The notes under the pieces: model-generated
Database searches by the model: none
Told to the model about the DNA's origin: nothing
What the model saw: the letters and a program-made list of their open reading frames with translations, nothing else
Made by a program: the position numbers and the translations under genes
NCBI GenBank assembly: GCA_964016885.1
Contig: OZ024742.1
Location: forward strand, 127,596,001-127,660,000
DNA from: Eledone cirrhosa
Taxonomy: Eukaryota
DNA length: 64,000 nucleotides
Direction of reading: 5' to 3'
Shown: one piece after another, positions 12,781 through 26,460 of the stretch
Numbering within the stretch: position 1 is the stretch's first letter
Layout of the letters: each line of letters begins with the position of its first letter

Positions 12781-15354
12781 CATTCCAGCTGTGAACATTG
12801 TCTTTTTAGGGATATGTAGGTTCCCTTGTTGGTTTATTGACAGTTAATTTTTCCCCATAGGAGAAATCAAACTTAGTATTAAAAACCAATGAAACAGTCA
12901 ACCAATTCCATGGAGCTGCAATTGCTTATAGTAATGATTTATACAACTTGCTGTATCTTCTTAAAGCCAAAACTGAGTCACTCTTTATTTAAGTGTCTGT
13001 CTTGACTATGGACACAGAACAATACCAGTGACAGAATATGAATTTTCAACTTACTGGCTGGTTGACTGTTCCCTATTGATTTAGCTAGCTACATTTTCAT
13101 AAATAGTTAAAGTCACTATTGCTCAGACATGAAGTCATAGTTATGTAGCAATATGTCAGATGGTTTTGTGAAGACTCATTCAATAGAGATGCAGAGTGCC
13201 AATTATATTAGGGATCTACCAGAGTCATGAATATGATGAAAAAAAAATTGTTTCAAAATGGAGGCTTCATATTTTGCGGCATCATATTTATAGAGCTAGA
13301 TGACTCTCTGCATTGAATAACACTCGACTGGGAAGTAAAATTGGAACATGGTATCTTAGCCAGAAAAGTTGAATAAGATAAATTTGACATTTTGAGGAAT
13401 AGTCTAATATTTTAATAACACAGCTATTATCTAAATATATTAAATAACATAAAAAAAAAATGCAAATAATACAAAACAAATGAAAAAAATGATCAACACA
13501 TCGTTAGAAGTAATTTGGACATTTCTACTTTGTTAATAGTCATTTTAAGTGGGGATAAGCACCATTGTCAGAATGCATTTTAATGTTATTAAGAAATAAA
13601 AACAATGAAAAAAACCATGCCAAACTCTGATGGGATCTGAACTCAGAATGTAGAGAATTAAAGTGAATACTGTAAGAGAATCAGATGCTAGACATATCTG
13701 CCAATTTGTTACCTTAATATTTTGTTTACTTGGCTTATAATAAATTTGTGCAGGAAAAGAAAATAGTCAATTGAATCCAAACCCGCATGGTAGATACTTG
13801 TTGACCACAGAGGGATGAAAAACAAAAACCCAAACCAACACTAACAGAAAATTAAACAGAACACACTTAAATATAGTAAAACATTTCATATGAAACTCTT
13901 CAATATCTATTAATTCACTGCTATGGTTTTATATAAAATATTGATTTCTTACTTAGGGAGCAAGTTCAGTTGCTGAAAGCAAGAATCATTGTCAAATGTA
14001 TCAAACTTAGTATATATTGGTAGTGGTTATTTTATCAACTTGTGGGGAAATGAAAAGAAAAGTCAATCTTAACCTGAAAATAATAGAGGAATTAATAACA
14101 GTTGCAATTTAATTAGTCTAGTGCACTACTGTCTCAGACATTTTCTCACTGTGCTTTTATGCTCTATAATGGTGGCAAATTGACATAATTATTAGAAGAG
14201 TTATTAGAATACCTTGTGTTGTTTGTTCTGGCTCTATGCACTCTGAGTTGAAATCCTTGTTTCTGTCAGGATTCAACATCTGAAGCTCTTGATTTACTTT
14301 CATATTGCATTGAGAAAAAACATCAGATGTCAGCCAATAAAACCATAATTAAATCAGATGTTTTTCTACTCCAAGAGAATCACAAGTGATTCAGATGTCT
14401 GTGATCAGTCATGCGCGATTCAGTCAGTCAGATGGCATCAGGCATTGATAACACAAATCACACCACATTTATTGCTCTAGATGTTGCCTACAAACACACA
14501 CAAACATTTTTCTTTCGATTCTGACCCTAAATCATATTGTTATTTCCAAGTATGAACTCAGTGGTCTTTTTTGTACACACCATATATATATTTCCCCCGA
14601 ACACTTAAATATCACCTATTTTCTGTCATTGTATTGTTATGGTTTGATCTAATATCTATTAGTGAAATATACCTGTAATTTAAACAATGTGTTTTACCTG
14701 CCTTCCTTGACTCACTTCTTCCACACCAACAAACATACACACACTTCATCCAGCAGTGTCAGCTTTGCCTTTCATTCTTGATATATAAAAGTACAATTCA
14801 GTGAAGTAGATTGGTGGAATTGTTACTGTTGGATGATCTGCCTTGCTGTGTTTGTTTCAGCTCTTTACATTCTGACACCTAGTTTAACACTATCACTTGG
14901 TTCTTAGCTGCATTAGTAGAGTTTACTCTGTTGCAGGCATTCTAGCCCAGTCTCTAGTTTGAGGATAATGCCCTTTCTTCCTCACACCTGTCATGAAGGC
15001 CCAGATAAAATAATGAGTTATGGGTGCTATTTTCCTCCACCTTGATTAAGTAGTAAAAAATAATGTGAGAAATCAAATGAAAACAAAAACTGTCCTATAC
15101 ATTCTTGGTAGCTGAAATTAATGATGACACTTTTAGTCCAAAGCTTATATACAATTTTTTAACATTAGAAAAAAAATAATTACAATCATCAAATTTTATA
15201 TTAAAAAATTGGGAAATGGCACAGATTTTGAGGTAAGGATCAAGTAATTAAATTGATCCCAATATTTGACTGGTACTTATTTTATCAACTACAGAGAATG
15301 AAACTTAAAGTTAACTGCAGCAGGGGTTTTACTGAGAACATAATGGTATATAAC

Positions 15355-15693
15355 CACACATGGACATGCCTACAAAGTCAGAAAACAGCACAGTACCCAT
15401 GACTTTCGAAAACATTTTTTCACACTCAGAGTTGCTGAAGCATGGAATAAACTACCTGCATCAGTTATTAGCTGTCGAGACACTGCATCCTTTAAAACCT
15501 CCATGCTTCCTGAGATTTGCCAACACTATACCTGATATCCCCCCTCCATACACACGCACACATGTATATCATGACTCATGCACTATTCACTTCCCTAACA
15601 TTTGTATATTATTCTATGTACTATACATGCACCTTTGATGAGTTGTAGTGCACCTGAGCACTGTACACAATAATTTCATTATTATTATTATTA
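15355..15693 (+). mobile_element. 5'-truncated CR1-like LINE 3' end
   Basis: Near-identical to 33600-33945; (ATT)n tail. Confidence 0.85.
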
Positions 15694-15694
15694 T

Positions 15695-15880
15695 GGGCGG
15701 TGGATTGGCAGTATCGGTAGAGAGTCGGACGCCATGCTTTCCAGCATAGTTACATCCCTTTACGGTCTGAGTTCAAATCCCGCCGAGGTTGACTTTGCCT
15801 TTCATCCTTACGGGGGTCGATACAATAAAGTACCAGTAATGTACTGAGTAATTGCTGGCCTTGTGCCAAAAGTAGAAACA

Positions 15881-15909
<29 letters not shown>
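15695..15909 (+). mobile_element. Full-length MetaSINE-like element inserted in the CR1 (ATT)n tail
   Basis: tRNA-like head with A/B boxes, Meta-like core and (ATT)n tail. Confidence 0.8.
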
Positions 15910-15911
<2 letters not shown>

Positions 15912-17251
15912 CTCAAAACACTGTACAACCTTCATTTTGAAAGTAATATTGAAAATGTACCTTTTCTGTTAGCCTATCTACTATCCAAATTTTACATTGG
16001 GCGCATTGGACAGTGCTTCTACCTACTTCTTTTCTACATATATTCTGGCTCTCTACATTCTGAGTTCAAATCCCACTGAGGTCCACTTTGCTTTTCATCC
16101 TTTCGGGGGTCAATAAAAAAAAAACTTGCAGCATTGGGCTGGTGCATTCCTCTCTTCTTCTAGTTGTCACATCATGGATGTTCTGCTGAATCAAAGGAAG
16201 TAGACTCAAGAAAGTGTTTGTATCTACTTGCAACTGCATGAGCACCTAAAACCATTAGCAAAAGCATGACTCAGACTAGCATATGATGCTAAATTGCAAG
16301 TATTGGCCATACTTTAGATGGTACTAGAACAGATCTTTGTTGTTGATCTTCATGGCATTCTTGCCATGAAGATCCCTCCTTTTTGTGTATCAGGATTACA
16401 TTTAATGTGTTCTTTATATAATGTAGTAGGACATTTTTTTGAAGAAAATGTGGCTGCTATTTTTAGCAAGTTGAATGGCTCAGTCATGCTGCCTCCATCA
16501 ATAGAATTGGTTAAAACAAGCTTGTAATGTGACACTTTTAGGAAGGTACAGGTCCATAAAAGAACATGAACTTAGCGTAACAAGCAAACAAAACATTTGC
16601 TTGTGGCACATATTTATAGCTAAATAGCCCAGGTCAGTCATAATGAAATCTATTAGCTAATGAACATGAATATATTACGCAGTTCTCATATGTACTTTCT
16701 TATGACACTCACAGTTAGTTAGACTTATGTTATTTGACCATGCACATGGTGCAACAACAGTAATGGAACTCAAAATGTTGATATTTCATCTAATGTGCTA
16801 ACATTTATTGTTTTGTCTAGTTGTAACTACATTTAAAGACAGTACACAAGTTATTTTACTTCTCTAACATTACCTGATGTTACGCACAGTGTCAAAAGTA
16901 TTACTTTCAAAATAACCTGCATGGGCTAGTGGTTAGTGTGGTTCCAGATTTGACCCTACAGTGTAGGGTTTTAAGCAAGTGATTATCATCATAGTCACTT
17001 GTGAGTGAAATTTTAGGGGATAGCAGAGTTGGTGTCAGGCAAAAATACCTTCTGCTATTCCATTTTCGGTTAGCTTCCTTTATGTCTAATCAACTTTGTC
17101 TTTCACTCCCTACAGAATAGATTGATGAAATAACTACCAAAATGCTGGGGTTGATATCAGCACCTAAAACTGTTGGAGGGAATCCTTAGCATGCCCTACC
17201 ATTGATTGATTGAAATAAAATAATGATACAAAAAAACAAAAAACAACTTAC

Positions 17252-17325
17252 TTGAAAGATATAGGTCAACAGAAATGTTATCAAGAAAGGGTAAAATCCT
17301 GATTTGTACAAAGTCACAGGCAATC
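17252..17325 (-). CDS. Coding exon 3 ((G)LPVTLYKSGFYPFLITFLLTYIFQ)
   Basis: TAG acceptor, GTAAGT donor, phase 1/0; completes the GTGILGLP...G motif and TM2. Confidence 0.88.
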
Positions 17326-17596
17326 CTAATTTAAAGATAATAAATAAGTAAATGATTAGAAACTTGATAGAATAATGATAAAATATTCATATCAACAATA
17401 AATAATTCTCTAATACATACGCACACACACTATATATATATATATAGTTATGCTTTGGGAGGGTCATGTTGCCAATAAGAAACACACGCACCAGTTGCTT
17501 TCACTCCAATTTATTGTAAGTTAAATTTATTAAATTTAAGAATTTATAAATTTCCGGTTGGTTGGTTGGTTCCACATAGGACGGTTGTTCATATAT

Positions 17597-17641
17597 TGTC
17601 AAAGTTCTTTCGTCACACATTCTGTGACCTCTTCAGTGACT
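17597..17641 (-). ncRNA. Minimal type-I hammerhead ribozyme motif (PLE family A)
   Basis: Minus strand GUCA-CUGAAGA-G-GUCACA gaaug UGUGAC-GAAA-gaac-UU-UGAC; core intact. Confidence 0.75.
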
Positions 17642-19938
17642 GGGGATTCTTTTCTTTGTTTTTGTGCCTCTCCTTTGTTCTGCCCTACGCCATCTTGTTT
17701 TTGTGTGTGTTGTGTGCTTATTTGCGCATGTGTTACACCTGGGTGTCTGTGTGTGTTTATATTTGTTTATTTATTTGTTTATTTACATGTTACTGGTTGG
17801 TTGATTGTTCTATGTGTGTGTGTGTGTTTTCATTTTGTCCTTAATTGTAAGTTGTGATGTTGCTATTCCATTCATGTTTTCTATTTAATTTTGGTTGGAG
17901 TTCATTTATGTTTATTGCCTCTGTGATTTGTCTAAACATTGCGTCTTTTCTGTGTGTAGATTCTATTTTTATTTCTATGTTCTCTAATTTACCCTTATGT
18001 TCTATTTTAGCATGTTGGTGGAGTACAGATGATTCTTTTTTATCTTGAAGCTCTTGCCAGTGTTCATTTATCCGTTCTCCTATACTACGAGCTGTCTCAC
18101 CTATGTATACTATATTCTTATCTCTACATTGTCCTTCAGTACATCTTATGCTATATACTACATTTCTAGTTTTACAGTTAATATGGGGGCTTAGTTTACA
18201 GATTATACATTTCTTATCTATACAGGGAGGTATTGCTAATAAGTGTTTTTATGGAGGTACCTGCTCTTTCTACTATCTTAATATTGAGTTTATGTTTATG
18301 TAGGGCCCTTCTAAATTTGTAAGCTAATTCACCTCTAGGGGTTGTATTGATGGTTGGGGTGTTTGCTTGGGTAGTCTATAATAACTCTAATACTCTGGTG
18401 GATGGAGTTAGCTATTTGCTGGATGCTTTCCATGGTGTTTTTCTCTAATTCATGACTGTTCAAATTTAATGGAAAAACATATGCCCAAGAGGAGGGAGCA
18501 GCCATTGGTGTTAGCATTGCAGGTGACATAGCTAACCTATTCATGGTATGGTGGGACAATAGACTTAAACTTAAAGAACAATTAGAAGACAGCAACCTCT
18601 TAACCCTGATAATGTACTCCCGCTACGTTGATGATATAAACATCGTAGTAAAAAGACCTCCACTAGAGAACAGTCAGGAATTAGAAAAAAACACCATGGA
18701 AAGCATCCAGCAAATAGCTAACTCTATCCACCAGAGTATTAGAGTTACTATAGACTACCCAAGCCAACACCCCCAACCATCGATTACCTGTACTAGACAC
18801 AGAGCTTTGGTTAGAAACCATTAATAACAAAAAACAAATCCTCCATTCCCATTATGCCAAACCCATGACTTCCAAATATCTGATCCACTGAAACTCAGCT
18901 GTTTCGGACCACACCAAAATCAACTTACTGATTGCGGATTTGGTACGGGTGATGAGAAATGTGTCCCGCATGTGCAACCCCAAAGAACTAGAGAGACACA
19001 TACAACACTTCATCCACCGTATGCAGTTCTCTGGTCACACTCAGAGAGATAAAATCAGAGTATATAGAGGAGCCAGAACCAAATGGGAAAAAATGGTAAA
19101 TAATGATACAAATAGGACCTGCCCCTTGTATAGGAGCAAATTTTGGAATAGAATAGAAAGAACTAGGAATAAGGTTAATAGAATAAACTCATGGTATGAT
19201 AGCAATAAATACCAGAGTGTAATGTTCATCAATACAACCCCTAGAGGTGAATTAGCTTACAAATTTAGAAGGACCCTAGATAAACATAAATTCAATATTA
19301 AGATAGTAGAAAGAGCAGGTACCTCCATAAAAACACTTATTAGCAATACCTCCCTGTATAGATAAGAAATGTATAATCTGTAAACTAAGCCCCCATATTA
19401 ACTGTAAAACTAGAAATGTAGTATATAGCATAAGATGTACTGAAGGACAATGTAGAGATAAGAATATAGTGTACATAGGTGAGACAGCTTGTAGTATAGG
19501 AGAACGGATACATGAACACTGGCAAGAGCTTCAAGATAAAAAAGAATCATCTGTACTCCACCAACATGCTAAAATAGAATATAAGGGTAAATTAGAGAAC
19601 ATAGAAATAAAAATAGAATCTACACACAGAAAAGACGCAATGTTTAGACAAATCACAGAGGCAATAAACATAAATGAACTCCAACCAAAATTAAATAGAA
19701 AACATGAATGGAATAGCAACATCACAACTTACAATTAAGGACAAAATGAAAACACACACACACACATAGAACAATCAACCAACCAGTAACATGTAAATAA
19801 ACAAATAAATAAACAAATATAAACACACACAGACACCCAGGTGTAACACATGCGCAAATAAGCACACAACACACACAAAAACAAGATGGCGTAGGGCAGA
19901 ACAAAAGAGAGGCACAAAAACAAAGAAAAGAATCCCCA

Positions 19939-19981
19939 GTCACTGAAGAGGTCACAGAACGTGTGACAAAAGAACTTTGAC
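19939..19981 (+). ncRNA. Hammerhead motif with mutated core (GAAA>AAAA), probably inactive
   Basis: GTCA CTGAAGA G GTCACA gaacg TGTGAC AAAA gaac TT TGAC. Confidence 0.65.
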
Positions 19982-20789
19982 AATATATGAACAACCGTCT
20001 GGTTGTGGAACCATCCAACCAACCAGAAATTTATAAATTTATAAATTCTTAAATTTATAAATTTAACTTATAATAAATTGGAGTGAAAGCAACTGGTGCG
20101 TGTGTTTCTTATTGGCAACATGACCCTCCCAAAGCAAAACAATATCGGTTTCAACACACGTTTTCAAATAAAGAATCTTGCTAAACAAATTCAGAAACGA
20201 AATATATATATATATAGTAATAGTAGTAAGTTGTATTTGCACATTGGCAACACAAGTTGATTTACCCGAGGTAATCTCTATACACTCAATGATATGAGAA
20301 ATAAAGTCTTGGCATCAGAGTGGACTCAACTATGATATTAAATGGAAATACCATAAGATTTTGACTGCATGTATGTCAATTACAACAAATAACAACAACA
20401 ATAAATACCAAAGGAAAAGAAGTAGCACACACACACAGAGAGAAATTCATAAATTCTTTTATAGAAAATATATTGTAACTCTAAGTTTCATACCTAATTA
20501 ATTAAGCAATCATCAAGTAAAAATTGTTAGCCAACAATGTTGGAATATTTGAAATATACAAGATTTCTAATGGTAGGTGCATACTAACATGAAAAGTGGA
20601 ACTAGTCGTAACATTTAAATACAAGCTGCTTCCAATTAATGTCTGGAAAATTTAAATGATATAGGGATAATAAACTATGACTTTGGAGGGAGTGGTTCAG
20701 GAAAGTCAAGAAGCAAAAAGAGACGGTTGGAAAAGAGAAAGAGAGAATCAATTACTTATATATCTTCTAAATTAACTGAGGATAACTGT

Positions 20790-21210
20790 ACATGCAGAAA
20801 TAACTATTGTATAGCCACTAAATCAGTCACGTGATGAAGCAATCATATATGAAGTAGAAGCCACTTCCACCAAATCAAATCTTCATGTAGTGTGAAAACA
20901 CTATATAGGTATGACAGAAGGTAAATTTAAACAAGGGTACTTCAATCATAGTTCTTTGAGATACATAAAACAGATGAATGTTACACGATTATCCAGTTTC
21001 AGCTGGCATTTAAAAGAACATGTTACTGATTTCAACATTAAATGAAAGATCCTTCAGAGATGTAGACCTATGATAATGGGAATCATCATCATAATTTAAT
21101 AAAATATGTAATTTATGTACAGCTGAAAAAGCCTCACACCTTCACAATTCTGCTAATTATCTAAATGAAAGTCTGCTGAAAAATATCAGCAGGAAAACAA
21201 TTATTTATTG
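20790..21210 (+). mobile_element. Degenerate GIY-YIG endonuclease fragment of a second PLE family
   Basis: Translates to AIIYEVEA...HYIGMTEGKFKQGYFNH...TRLSSFSWHLKE...FNIK*KIL...CNLCTAEK with stops and frameshifts. Confidence 0.7.
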
Positions 21211-21414
21211 CCATCACTAGACAAGCTATTGGAGAAGGTAAAGTTTGTTTGTGATAGCTACTCAGTAATAGTCAGCAGTAAGAATACACACTAATACACA
21301 AAAAAAAAAAATACATAAAATATACCCTCTCCCCTCATCCTTAAAAAAAAAGGAAAATTTCCTCAAGTTTTAAGAAAATTCCAAAACAAATTTTTAAAAA
21401 ATGTTTTTACTTAC

Positions 21415-21456
21415 CAAGAATTCCAGTTCCAAGAATGCATGCAATTGATACAAAAT
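21415..21456 (-). CDS. Coding exon 2 of amino-acid-permease-like gene ((Y)FVSIACILGTGIL)
   Basis: Polypyrimidine tract plus CAG acceptor, GTAAGT donor, phase 1/1; encodes the unwound TM1 G-x-G-I-L motif of APC-fold amino acid transporters. Confidence 0.88.
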
Positions 21457-22288
21457 CTGTGAAAGTAAATGCAAAAAGTAAGAATTCAGATCCGATGTTT
21501 AATGAAATAAAATTGAACATATCTGGATTACTGTCAACCAGGCAAATATCTAGTTTTATATATATTCTGTTGAGAAATACAGTTAATTGAATTGGGCCCC
21601 CACAAAAAATCTGAACTCAGTCCGGTAAAATTCTACTGTATGCAGTATCAGCACTTTAATACTGATATATGGTACTAAGTTGTCTTATACTTTGATGACT
21701 CTCTTAAACATAGTATGTAGATATGAGATACTCTATAACATTTCTATCTCTTCTGCAACTAATACTTTTTTATTTAATACTTGCAAAACCACCAGCTGCA
21801 ATCACTTCTGTCAATTCTGTACTAAGATTAAATCTTATGAAACCCTAATTCATATTTTGATCAGTCACATTCATTTTCTAATTTGAGGGAAGCTCTGTAT
21901 AGAGTTTCCCTCAAAACCCCTTCTTTCTTGGACAAAAAAAAAAAAGGGAGAAAAATATGGTTTTGAATTCAAATATCGATACATCCATTGAGAGAGGTAG
22001 GGAATTTGTACTCTTCTAAGAGAGTGTACCCAAAGTTTGAAGGTTAGGTAAAAGTAATGAGTAGAATTAAAATCTAAAATAGTAAGTACAAACATAATGT
22101 GCAGAATAAAATAAGTTTGACAGTAACAATAAAAGAGACAGTGTAGACAGACATGCCTAAACATTTGTACATTATGTAAGACAAAATATATTTCTCTAGG
22201 CAAAGTTATGCAAAATGTTATACAAAGTTATACAAAATATAATGATATTTTACATATGTATATGTGTATATATATATATATGTAAAAT

Positions 22289-22420
22289 ATCATTTCTGAA
22301 GACAGCATGTATATGTGAAGGTATGTATATTTCCTCTCATAATTTGTAATAATTTTACATAGATCTAGATGATATACATACCAACACACATATACATCCT
22401 AGAAACGATCGTAAAATGAT
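22289..22420 (+). ncRNA. Type-I hammerhead motif with long stem II (family B)
   Basis: ATCATTT-CTGAAGA-[~98-nt imperfect hairpin]-GAAA-CGATCG-TA-AAATGAT; palindromic stem III; flanked by (TA)n. Confidence 0.72.
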
Positions 22421-23025
22421 GAATTTTTTAATATAAAGAACTTGTTCTTTGTTTTTATTTCATTGTTTTTATTAATTTATATATATATATATATATAGAT
22501 TACATGAAACAAAGTTCTGTTTAAATCATTTATCTGCTTACAATTGTTTCTTCCAAACCGAGGTTTGGAGTCTTCGGAGCAATTATTCAGTGATTTTTAA
22601 CATACTTGACCTCCTTTTCAACACAAGAGACATATAGAAACATATGTATATATTGACCCACAGTGGGTTGACATCCATTATAATAATATAGCATGGTAAT
22701 TTACATACAAAGATTACAGTCATATTAAAGGACAAAATTAAAGTTAAAATTAAAATTAAAATAAAACATTGGCAGTCTACTAAGATAAAGCAAAAGGAAA
22801 GTTTGGAGTAGCCAGTGCATGCAACAGTCACACGTGTGGCATGCACGCGTGTCCTATTTATACAAGATTATAGTGCAGCAGATTGTTACAAGTAAAACAA
22901 GCAGTCAAAGCAGGCAATCAAGAGCATCATGGGGGTTAACTGGTTAAGCATTATTTACACACACCTGTACGATATAGAAGCCCTTTATATATATATATCT
23001 ATATAGATATATATATATATATAAA

Positions 23026-23439
23026 GGCGCATGGCTTAGTGGTTAGAGCATTGCCCTGCAATCGAAAGGTTGTGAGTTCAATAACTCGGGCCGGGTAATG
23101 TGTTGTTTCCTTGAGCAAGACACTTTATTTCCCATTGCTCCGGTTTACTCAGCTGTAGAAATGAGATGATAGGACTGGGGTCCCAATCATTCCACTGCAA
23201 AGTGGTTATGGAGGTGCCACGGCAAAAAAAGCACCCAGGCTCACACTGTAAAGTGGACGTGTAGGCGCCACGGAAAAAAATGACCCAGCACTCACTGTAA
23301 ATGAGGTTAGTGTTAGGAAGAGCATCCAGCTGTAGAAATCAAGCTGAGCAAGACAAGGTCAGCCGACCGGACACTGCCCACAACAGGACAACCCATGCTA
23401 GCGTGGAAGAACGGACGTAAAACGGTGATGATGATGATG

Positions 23440-23441
<2 letters not shown>
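23026..23441 (+). mobile_element. tRNA-derived SINE with CORE-like domain and RTE-derived 3' tail
   Basis: A-box TGGCTTAGTGG, B-box GAGTTCAAT, CCTTGAGCAAGACACTT core; 3' tail with (GAT)n matches the RTE 3' ends at 41690 and 43503. Confidence 0.8.
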
Positions 23442-23493
<52 letters not shown>

Positions 23494-24387
23494 TGTGTGT
23501 GTATATATATATATATAATTGTTTCTACTTTTGGCACAAGGCCAGCAATTACCCAGTACATTACTGGTACTTTAATAATGAGATATAATTTCCTGTACAT
23601 CATTTGTTTTCAAGGTAATATACTCCCAGAGTGGTTTCATAGTCATAATACAAATATATGGAAAAAATTTGAACTTGGCAATAAAATCTAAGGAATTACA
23701 AATTACACAAGGCTAGGTAGACTTGGTTGGTTGACAATGTTCTCTGATTTCTACACACTTAAATTTGTGGTTGATTACAAACTACTTAGAAGAAGTGATG
23801 GCTTAGTGGTTATGTACTTAGCTCACAATTATAAAGTTGTGAGTTTGATTCTTGATGGCATGTTGTGTTCTTGAGCAATATACTTATCTCCCATAGATTT
23901 AGTTCACTCAGCTAGCGAAAATGATGTACCTATAATTGAAAATGCCAGCCTTGTCATACACTATGTCACACTGAATCTTCTTAAGAATTATGTTAAGGTT
24001 ACACATGTCTGTGGAATGCTCAGTTATTTACACATTAATGTCACCAACATTTTGTTGTGTAAATTGCATTATCTGGAACACTCGCCATCAGAATCAACAG
24101 AAATCTAACACTTAGAATAACCAGAGTAGATTTCTATGTGAAATGTAATGTTTCCATTCAGCTAAATCATTTGACATTACTTATTCTGATGTGTACTCAA
24201 CAATTCACAATTGATAATATGATAAAAAAGCCAATTATAGGGTAATTTGCCTTACAGCCATATAATTAGTGCTGGTAATTTATGGGAAAACTATGATATT
24301 TACATACATCTTTAACATTGTTTTTACTGCTTGATGTTTTATTTTCAAATGCCCACATCCACACATATGTGGCAAATAAAAGAAATT

Positions 24388-24805
24388 AGGATTGGCAGAA
24401 TCGTGAGAGCATTGGAAAAATGCCTAGCAGTATTTGTTTCGATTCTTTACATTCTGAGTTGAAATTTTGTCAAGCTCAAATTTTTCTTTCATCCTTTCAG
24501 GGTCGATAAAATAAAGTACCAGTAAGATTCTCCTCTCCCCACAAATTGCTGGCTTTGTGCCCAAATTAGTAATTAATATTATCATTAATAATATTAGGGT
24601 GGTGGATTGGCACTATCAGACATTTTTCAGCATAGAGTTATGACGTTTTATGAGTTCAAACCCTGCTGAGGTTAGTGTTGCCTATCGTCCTTACAGGGTT
24701 AATAAAAGAAAGTACCAGTAATGCACTGGGAACGGTTTAATCAACTTTCCTCTCCCCCCAAAATTGTTGGCTTTGTGCCTAAATCAGAAACCATTATTAT
24801 TATTA
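24388..24805 (+). mobile_element. Two diverged MetaSINE-like copies in tandem
   Basis: Meta-like core TTTCATCCTTTCAGGGTCGATAAAATAAAGTACCAG occurs twice. Confidence 0.65.
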
Positions 24806-24809
24806 ATAT

Positions 24810-26460
24810 TAGCCATGTACAGAGGAGCAGTCAGCAAAGTTAGAAATAACAATAACTATAGTGAAGAATTAAGCATGCAGGTTGGTGTCCATCAAGGCTC
24901 AGTTCTTAGCCCTCTTCCGTTTATTATCGTCCTGCAGGCAATAATGGAGGAGTTAAAGACTGGCTGCCCATGGGAACTTCTATATGCAGATGACCTAACC
25001 CTTATAGCTGAATATATGGCAGAATTAGTGAAGAACTGCCAAACTTGGAAGAATGGCCTAGAATCAAAAGATCTTAAAGTCAACTTGGCTAAGACTAAAG
25101 TTCTAGTAAGTAGAAAGGAAAACAGAGCTCAAATCTCCTCAGGGAAAAAGCCCTGTTCAGTGTGCAGAAAAAGAATATGTAGAAATTCCATCCTATGTCC
25201 CAAATGCAAACTTTAGGTACACAAAAGATGTAGTAGGATCTCAGGCAGGCTAACAAAGAACATAGGTTTTACATGTGGCCTGTACACAGGGGCAGCAAGT
25301 AGTAACAGCTCTCGGGATACAAACTCCTTCAGATGCCCAGAGAACTCTGTAGAAGTAGATAGTTTCCATTACCTGGGTGACCAAATTAGCAGTGGGAGAG
25401 GGTATTTTGAAAGCACAGTAGCTAGAGTGAGAATGGGTTGGAGAAAGTTCAGCAAGTTACTACCACTGCTAACTACAAAAGGTTTTTTCCTCAAAATGAA
25501 AGGCAGATTGCATGATGTATAGATATGAACAACAATGTTGCACGGTAGCAAGACCTGGGCGCTGTGTGCAGAGGACCTGTGAAGATTGGAAAGAAATGAA
25601 GACTCCATGCTTCATGCAATGGATGTGAATGACAAAGCATAAATGAACTGTGAGAGAAATTAGGCGTAAAAGAGATCAGATGCAGTGTGCAGGAAAGGAG
25701 ATTGCGTTGGTATGGACATGTGATGTGTATGAATGATGACAGCAATATAAAAAGGTGTAAAGCGCTCAAATTTGATGGAAGCTGTGGAGTGGGCAGGCCT
25801 AGGAAGACTTGGGATAAGGTGATAAAAGCTGACATGCACAATTGCACCTCTCAAAGGCAATGACACAGGGCTGTAATCCCTGGTGCTTTGCAGTTATACA
25901 GAAGACCCACCCTCCCACATGCAAGAGCTGAGGCATACATTTAGTATGCACCACCTCCCTCCCATCACCCCTCCCATACACCTCCCTCGCTGTAATCACC
26001 CCAACCCTATATCTACCTCCCAAATTCCCCATGCATCTCTCCCACGCAAATCCCCAATCCACACCATAATGTGGTCATCCTGAAGCCTTGACAATAAGTG
26101 CGCAGTCCACACGGTAAAGTGGTCATGTAGGTATCATGACAAAAAGCAGCCAACACACACTTTAAAGTGGTCATGTTGGTGACACGACAAAAAGTGCCCA
26201 GGCCACACTGTAAAGTGGTTGTGTAGGTGTCACGACAAAAGTACCCACTCCACTCCGTAAAGTGGTTGTGTAGTAGTCACAACAAAAAGCACTCAGTACA
26301 CAGTGGTTGGTGTTAGGAAGGGCATCCGACCGTAGACACAAAGCTCAAAACAGTTCTGTGTGAGCAAAACATGGTCCTCCAGCCTGGTTGTCTCACAACG
26401 GGACAACATGTCTATCCATGGTAGTGTGGGAAATGGATGTTAAATGATGATGAGGATGAC
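24810..26460 (+). mobile_element. 5'-truncated degenerate RTE LINE (3' half of RT plus 3' UTR)
   Basis: GVHQGSVLSP and LLYADDL motifs; homologous to 43503-45020; (GAT)n tail. Confidence 0.88.

Larger units (their letters stand above)
17447..20203. mobile_element. Penelope-like element (PLE): 5'-truncated + strand copy (18458-20203) preceded by an inverted partial copy (17447-18461)
   Basis: RT motifs (GAAIG...ANLFMVWWD, YSRYVDDI), Cys-rich linker, GIY-YIG endonuclease (NVVYSIRC...YIGETA...ERIHEH); broken by frameshifts and stops; flanked by (TA)n. Confidence 0.9.

Noticed and set aside
12296-12798. CRISPR-like array or 155-aa repeat protein
   Set aside because: Head-to-tail units with no unique spacers, no cas genes, and a eukaryotic intron context
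18886-18892. In-frame TGA in the PLE RT as selenocysteine
   Set aside because: The copy also has frameshifts, the TGA is readily explained by CpG decay, and no SECIS was identified
21457-21520. In-frame ATG extension of exon 2 (MFNFISLNIG...)
   Set aside because: Overlaps a good polypyrimidine/CAG acceptor, and the exon at 53237-53261 gives a more plausible N-terminus; an alternative start is not excluded
23026-23095. tRNA gene
   Set aside because: This is the tRNA-like head of a SINE; it continues into CORE-like and RTE-derived parts and lacks a proper acceptor stem
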